Source of the DNA: an uncultured Oligoflexus sp.
Lineage (GTDB): Bacteria > Bdellovibrionota_B > Oligoflexia > Oligoflexales > Oligoflexaceae
Reading direction: 5' to 3'
Length of the DNA: 50,215 bases
Assembly: GCA_964236955.1 (NCBI GenBank)
Contig: CAXSGP010000027.1
Location: 1-50,215 of the forward strand
Below, in pieces: positions 45,128-50,215 of this stretch. A model generated the notes under the pieces. It did no database searches, had not been told where the DNA came from, and saw only the letters and a list, made by a program, of their open reading frames with translations. Position 1 is the first letter of the stretch. The number at the start of each line of letters is the position of its first letter. A program made the translations under genes and the position numbers.

Positions 45128-46087
45128 TTATGTTGGGAAAAGTGCGCTAATGGACTCGTTATTATGAATCCGTGAAATGGCCTCAGCAAACAGTGGGGCC
45201 ACCGTCACGATTTTGATCCTGTCGCTAAACTGTTCAAAGCGATACTCCACGGTATCTGTGACAACGATTTCCTTAATGCAACTGCCGGCTAGTTTCTGTT
45301 GGGCGCTTTGGGTTAGGACCCCATGAGTCACGGCCGCATAGATATCGCGGGCCCCTTGTTCTTTTGCGGCCTGGGCCATGGCGATCAAGGAGCCGCCCGT
45401 AAAGATGATGTCGTCCACGATCAATACGTTTTTGCCTTTGACATCACCGACGATATTCCAGATCTGGGCGTTTTCGGAATGGTCTTTGCGGAGTTTATTG
45501 CCAATCACAACCGGCACATCGAGCTCCTGGCCAAATTTAAAGGCGTTTTTTCCATAACCGACATCGGCCGATGCCACGACCCAGTCGCCGGATTTAAACT
45601 TTGGTGCGAAATATTTCGTGATAGCGGTGCGGGCGAATAGGTGATCGACGGGTTTACGGAAAAAACCCTGGATCTGCGGACTATGGAGGTCCATCGTCAG
45701 AATGCGATCGGTACCGACAGTCTCCAGCGCATCAAGGCAGACGCGCGCCCGGATCGATACGCGGGGTTCGTCTTTTTTATCGCCTTTTGCATAACTAAAA
45801 AAGGGAATGACAGCCGTGACCTGTGCGGCCGACGCTAGTTTAAGAGCATCGACCCAGAACAGAAGTTCCATAAAATTACGGTCGACTGGATAATTTACGC
45901 CTTGAATAATGTAGGTGTCTTTGCCGCGCACGTTTTCAAGTACTCGAACAAAAGTATTGCCTTCGCTGAAGGTGATGACCTCTGAAGCGGTGGCGGCGAT
46001 GCCGAGGTGCTCGCAGATTTTTTTGCCGAGTTCTTGAGAGGCACTGCCGACGATAAGGGCGATTTCTTTGGATTGATGCATGTGCAT
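45128..46087 (-). CDS. prs: ribose-phosphate pyrophosphokinase family protein (divergent)
   Basis: FSEGNTFV, ENVRGKD, MELL..DALK.ASA, MDLHSPQIQGFF, GDVKGK, IVDDII, THGVL, ESISALF. Confidence 0.88.
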   Translation of the reverse strand: MHMHQSKEIALIVGSASQELGKKICEHLGIAATASEVITFSEGNTFVRVLENVRGKDTYIIQGVNYPVDRNFMELLFWVDALKLASAAQVTAVIPFFSYAKGDKKDEPRVSIRARVCLDALETVGTDRILTMDLHSPQIQGFFRKPVDHLFARTAITKYFAPKFKSGDWVVASADVGYGKNAFKFGQELDVPVVIGNKLRKDHSENAQIWNIVGDVKGKNVLIVDDIIFTGGSLIAMAQAAKEQGARDIYAAVTHGVLTQSAQQKLAGSCIKEIVVTDTVEYRFEQFSDRIKIVTVAPLFAEAISRIHNNESISALFPT

Positions 46088-46121
46088 AAGCGACTCCCTT
46101 TCAAGGATGGCGCTTACTAAG

Positions 46122-46745
46122 CTACCAATTTAAAAGTTTGAAGCCTATATCGATTTGAAGGGAATTCATGGAGGCAATGCCCGTCTTCGTTCGCCATTCC
46201 CCTTCCGGAGCCATGCGGTCAAGACTCAGGCCTAGCTCAACCCGGGCATAGTCCGCGGAATAAAGCTGAAAACTGCAGCCGAGTTGTTGTTCCAGCACAA
46301 AATACCGGTAGGGACGAGATGTCTCCGACACCCGATCATAGCTGCGAAGCTCTCCCGCTCCAGCTGCCAACCAAAAACTCGAACGCGAATACTCTACGCC
46401 AAAGACTCCAAGGATATTGTTACCGTCCTGATGCACCTTAAAATTTTTGTTTTTTAAGAATCGGTAGGCATTGACGTCGATGGCCGCAAAATATTTGTCT
46501 TCGTCCCACATATAGCCAAAGCGACCTGTGGCCGAGACTGTTGCCGTAGATGAGCTTTTGCCCTTGTCGCCGGCCAGAAAGGAGTAACCGCCGCTGGCCC
46601 GTCCCGTACTGAAGGCCAAAGCAGAAGCTATGGGCGTGAGGATCGATGGAGATGGGCTAAGACTGGCCAGGATTCCCCAGCAAAGGTTAGTTAGGACATT
46701 AAAGGGATAGGAGCGCGGTCGAATGCGAGTAGAAAGCATGTTCAC
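46122..46745 (-). CDS. hypothetical exported, probably outer-membrane beta-strand protein
   Basis: Hydrophobic N-terminal segment, amphipathic beta strands, C-terminal IDIGFKLLNW; start uncertain. Confidence 0.6.
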   Translation of the reverse strand: MNMLSTRIRPRSYPFNVLTNLCWGILASLSPSPSILTPIASALAFSTGRASGGYSFLAGDKGKSSSTATVSATGRFGYMWDEDKYFAAIDVNAYRFLKNKNFKVHQDGNNILGVFGVEYSRSSFWLAAGAGELRSYDRVSETSRPYRYFVLEQQLGCSFQLYSADYARVELGLSLDRMAPEGEWRTKTGIASMNSLQIDIGFKLLNW

Positions 46746-46819
46746 CCCTGAGCCTAAGCAAATGGTCGACGTGAGAATACTGACCCGTTTCGATACTAGG
46801 GAGCTTGGGGAATTTAGGC

Positions 46820-46847
46820 AAAAGAAAAGCCCTCAGGTGAGGGGCTT
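46820..46847 (-). terminator. intrinsic terminator after infC
   Basis: AAGCCCTC-aggt-GAGGGGCTT imperfect stem with an A-rich run on +, just downstream of the infC stop. Confidence 0.65.
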
Positions 46848-46859
46848 CGGAAGGTCGCT

Positions 46860-47354
46860 TCAGGTGGCTTTAGCGCCTGGTTCAAGGATAGCTGTAGCGA
46901 TGGGACCAGGAATTTTGTGAGCTTTGCAGGAGACGCTCACCGTAGTGATCACGCGCTCCACAAGGTCGTGAGCACGTTGGGGATTATCCCGCTCGCGACC
47001 TTTTAGTCTCACCACGACTTTAACCTTGTCGCCACGTTCGAGAAACTTCTCAATCGCATTCACTTTAGTGGTTAAGTCATGATCGGAAATATTCGCCTTA
47101 AGCTGAATTTCCTTTAGATCGGAGGTTTGCCGATTCTGTTTTTGTTTTTTCTTCTTTTCGTACTGAAGCTTTTTAAAGTCTTCGATGCGAACTACTGGCG
47201 GAATGGCCTCTGGCGCACTCACAAGTACAAGATTAAGTCCCTCTTCTTCAGCGATACGAAGAGCTTCCATAGCTTGAACTATGTCATTACGACCTTCGCC
47301 AACGAGTCGGACCTCTTTCATGGTTCTAATATCAGAACGTTCTAAAACTTTCAA
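46860..47354 (-). CDS. infC: translation initiation factor IF-3
   Basis: EVRLVG, EALRIAEEEGLNLVLVS, PPVVRIEDFKKLQYEKKKK, KEIQLKANISDHDL, FLERGDKVKV, GRE; TTG start with GGAGAGAGG RBS. Confidence 0.92.
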   Translation of the reverse strand: MKVLERSDIRTMKEVRLVGEGRNDIVQAMEALRIAEEEGLNLVLVSAPEAIPPVVRIEDFKKLQYEKKKKQKQNRQTSDLKEIQLKANISDHDLTTKVNAIEKFLERGDKVKVVVRLKGRERDNPQRAHDLVERVITTVSVSCKAHKIPGPIATAILEPGAKAT

Positions 47355-47766
47355 AAAGACCTCTCTCCAACTAAGGAAACAATAGACTCGTGCGGAATGA
47401 GTCTTGGAATATTAAAATGCAGTTTACTATTTCGTCGCATAAAAGTTGCAAACTTTTACCAGCCATTCAAACCCAGAAAGAACTTTCGTCGTCTCATGGT
47501 CCGAGTGACAGAATATAGCGACCATGTGTGCAAGCAGCAATCAAAAAAACAAGTGGAATTTGTGTCTTTTCGGCTGCTGCCCACTCTCAAGCCATGTCAC
47601 AGCGAATAAAAACCGCTTGAGCTGCTCGTCTTGAAGATAAAAAGTCGGAAGGGCGTAGGGAAGCGCTCCTTTATCCTCCTTTTCGTCTATTCAAGTCCCT
47701 TCAAAAGGTGGCATGATCGGCTTGCAAAATTCTTCATGTAAAAATGACGGATAAAGAGGGAAGCCC

Positions 47767-49023
47767 ATGGTACGCAGTTCTGTTCTCGATCCGAACGATC
47801 CTATCCTGCATCCGCTTCGCCTTGGAGCCAATCAATTCCCTGGAGCCTGGGCTTATACTATGCCAAGAGAGCTAATGGGGCTGAAAATGCCGGATGAGCG
47901 CAGGGCAACCTGTATGAATTGCCCAAAATCGTGCTACGAGGACTATAGACCCGACTATCGCTGCTGCACCTATCATCCTAGGGTGCCAAATTATTTATTG
48001 GGCCTCAACTCTTTGACCGCTGCCGGTGAAGGTGTCCTTGATAGCATCATGGCGAGAGGTCTCCTACTACCAGAAGGTATGCATCATGCTCCGGGTCAGT
48101 GGTACGATTATCTTGATGATCTCGAGCATGAAAATTTTGGGCGCAGCATAAAAGTTCTCTGTCCCATGCTCGATCCAAGCAATGGCTACTGTCGAGCCCA
48201 CGCTTTCCGAAATTCAGTTTGTTCGACCTTCTTCTGTCTCAAGGATCATGGCAACGTCGGTGATGAATTCTGGAGTCAGATCCAAACTCTGGGCACCCAG
48301 GTGGAAATGGGATTGAGCCAATGGGCCCTGCATATGGTGGGTTTTGACCTCGATGCGTATTTCAAAACCTTTACCAAGCTTGCCGACGAGGTGAAAAACG
48401 TCTCGAGTGTCACGGGGTGGAAGGACTATGTCCTCGATAGCCTCTGGGGATCCTGGAAGGGTCGGGAAAAAGAACTGATGAAAGAATGTGGGCTTTTGGC
48501 TTCAGAGCATCGCCATGATCTTTGGGAGATTGCCAATAGCTTTGAAATCAAGGAGTCTTCGCGTTTCAATATTTCCATGATCGCTGCGGTACCCGACCAT
48601 CTTCAGAATCAGATCGACCCTGAAGATCTTGAGGAGGAGGAAGATTCCGAGGCCGCGAAGCCGCGGGATATCTGGAAGACTTGTGTCAAGGCCTATGAGA
48701 AACTTTGGGACTTGCCCGAGGGGCGTTATACCATGAGTGCCCGAGCTGAGATTGTTCCCAATCATGGTATCGATAAAGAAAGTCTCTACCATGAAGGCAA
48801 GGCCTTCAGTCTTCGGGTCTACACCCGAAAGGGTAACAGGACTTTGGACTGGCGGATGTTTATCGATCAGCAGGAGTTTGAGGTTTTGCAGCTCTTTAAA
48901 GAAGGGCGAACCATGGATTGGACGTTGCTGCTTCATCCCACTCTCAAAGCTCTCGGTCGGGGTAAGGAATTTGTTGCGGAGATGCTGGAGAGTAAGGTCC
49001 TGGTGCGGGATGTGTTGCACTGA
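47767..49023 (+). CDS. Cys-cluster (CxxC...CC, YkgJ-like) putative metal-binding protein
   Basis: CMNC..SC, CCTYHP, CPML, CRAHAFRNSVCSTFFC; GAGGG RBS. Confidence 0.72.
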   Translation: MVRSSVLDPNDPILHPLRLGANQFPGAWAYTMPRELMGLKMPDERRATCMNCPKSCYEDYRPDYRCCTYHPRVPNYLLGLNSLTAAGEGVLDSIMARGLLLPEGMHHAPGQWYDYLDDLEHENFGRSIKVLCPMLDPSNGYCRAHAFRNSVCSTFFCLKDHGNVGDEFWSQIQTLGTQVEMGLSQWALHMVGFDLDAYFKTFTKLADEVKNVSSVTGWKDYVLDSLWGSWKGREKELMKECGLLASEHRHDLWEIANSFEIKESSRFNISMIAAVPDHLQNQIDPEDLEEEEDSEAAKPRDIWKTCVKAYEKLWDLPEGRYTMSARAEIVPNHGIDKESLYHEGKAFSLRVYTRKGNRTLDWRMFIDQQEFEVLQLFKEGRTMDWTLLLHPTLKALGRGKEFVAEMLESKVLVRDVLH

Positions 49024-49100
49024 AGCGCAGCGGAGCTTGTAAGCTGCTTGCAGATCAATAATTCTGCAAGGAATCCCTTCAGCTTTTTACACCGACATAC

Positions 49101-49436
49101 TCTGATGCTGTCTACCTTCAGGAATTTTTAAAAAGTGGTGACATCCCAAGCGGACAGTATTTTTCCTTTAACAAATACGATGATATGGGTGAGGCTGCGA
49201 GGAAGCTTCAAGTGCCGCACGATGCTCGATTTCGGGCCGAATTTGATACCCTATCCTATGTTGATAATACTCGTATTGCGAACGGTGATTGGGGTAAAGC
49301 AAACTATCTGGAACCTATAACTAAAGATTTCCCAATTCACGGCGAGGGCGGTGCTACTCAGGTCATCATCGATCAAAAGGTAAGTGTGAAAAAGGTAATC
49401 GATCTTTCCACAGGTAAAACTGTATTTGAGAGGTAA
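49101..49436 (+). pseudogene. orphan polymorphic-toxin C-terminal domain (Ntox10-like), 5'-truncated
   Basis: Frame is open from 49062 with no ATG until 49185; reads SDAVYL...GDIPSGQYFSFNKYD...LQVPHDARFRAEFDTL...WG..YLEPIT.DFP..G.GGATQ, recalled as an Rhs-type toxin tip; 5' boundary approximate. Confidence 0.6.
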
Positions 49437-49439
49437 CGC

Positions 49440-49661
49440 TTGCTAAACTATAACTATCCGCAAGAACTTTATGACGAAGTTGCACACAAGATCGCCGCTA
49501 GATTTAGCGTCAGCTTGTCAGAGGCAAAAGAATTGGCCAAAGATCTTATCGAACAGCTGGACGCTCATGGAGGATCACCGTTAAATGAGAAGCAGATGGA
49601 TATTTCAATAGATTCAGTTATCCCTAAATGGCTGAAATTGAAAAGAGAACAGCAGCTATAA
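49440..49661 (+). CDS. small helical protein, probable cognate immunity protein
   Basis: 73 aa, TTG start 3 bp after the toxin-fragment stop, GAGAGG RBS inside the toxin 3' end. Confidence 0.55.
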   Translation: MLNYNYPQELYDEVAHKIAARFSVSLSEAKELAKDLIEQLDAHGGSPLNEKQMDISIDSVIPKWLKLKREQQL

Positions 49662-49821
49662 AGTAAGCCGCCCACTACCTGCGTATTTGACAGCTTACAG
49701 TAATTCAGGGCTTGGAAGGTGTTGTGATGCAGCCCCAATGAGACGACTCGTTGCATTTCAAATGAGACAAGTGGCAAAGCCGACTTGACAAGACCTCGGT
49801 CAGAGGCCCCGTCAGCGGGTT

Positions 49822-50145
49822 TTAGTCTGCCTCTTTATCCGAGAGCGATTGCTTGAGTTCATAAGCTTGTTCATACGTCATGATCTCGTTGAGATCGAAG
49901 TCTGCTTGATCTTCGGGGTCATTTTCATCTGCAAATGAAGCATACCTTAGACTTTCCCGGCAGCGCGCTTCGGGGAGTTCAGCGATGGCAAGCGACAACG
50001 TTCGAGACAGATTCTTAAGCCGGCGAACGTCGGCCTCCGTCAATACATAGCTAGTTTCGACCTCGATTTTTTCATACCTTTCTTCATATCCAGACATCCG
50101 CCCTAGCTTGGTGCAAGTGTTGAATTCCGACAGTTTTACTCGCAA
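49822..50145 (-). CDS. hypothetical acidic protein
   Basis: 107-aa ORF (alternative start MSGYEER); no family recognised. Confidence 0.4.
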   Translation of the reverse strand: MRVKLSEFNTCTKLGRMSGYEERYEKIEVETSYVLTEADVRRLKNLSRTLSLAIAELPEARCRESLRYASFADENDPEDQADFDLNEIMTYEQAYELKQSLSDKEAD

Positions 50146-50215
50146 AATGCGCCGATTTAGGAAGTTCGAGCCAAACCCTTGCTGTGCAGCTATTTGAACA
50201 GACTCTTGTCATGTA

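Noticed and set aside
47709..47726. TGGCAT...TTGC sigma54-like motif before the 47767 gene
   Set aside because: GG-to-GC spacing is 12, not the required 10
49737..49770. AATGAGAC direct repeat near the toxin cassette as an att or target site
   Set aside because: Only 8 bp, both copies on the same side of the cassette, and no integrase or transposase in view
1..50215. CRISPR arrays, tRNA/rRNA genes, IS elements, prophage genes
   Set aside because: No regularly spaced repeats, cloverleaf or rRNA signatures, or transposase/phage motifs were recognised by eye

Overview
A 50 kb, gene-dense bacterial chromosomal segment. Gene content suggests Bdellovibrionota, possibly Oligoflexia (inference from the T2SS with a PilM-like GspL, spirochete/delta-type EF-G, HelD-like helicase and secreted lipoprotein hydrolases). 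Left to right: the 5' end of a probable rpoD and dnaG; yajQ-ychF; a crotonase; aroK; a type II secretion cluster (two gspC, gspD-N, no gspO); a FliT-like / GT4-TPR / Maf-associated three-gene module; stand-alone fusA; several secreted or lipoprotein genes (alpha/beta hydrolase, beta-barrel protein with a sigma54 promoter, GH18 with a sigma28-like promoter); a HelD-like helicase divergent from a small CPXCG gene missing from the ORF track; a tightly coupled six-gene accessory type II fatty-acid cluster; a divergent prs; an orphan infC; a Cys-cluster protein; and an orphan polymorphic-toxin C-terminus with an immunity-like gene. I recognised no rRNA, tRNA, CRISPR array or transposase. The best novelty candidates are the accessory FAS/acyltransferase cluster, a multiply paired element between gspG and gspH, and the orphan glycosylation module. 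All family calls come from reading motifs; no database searches were run.
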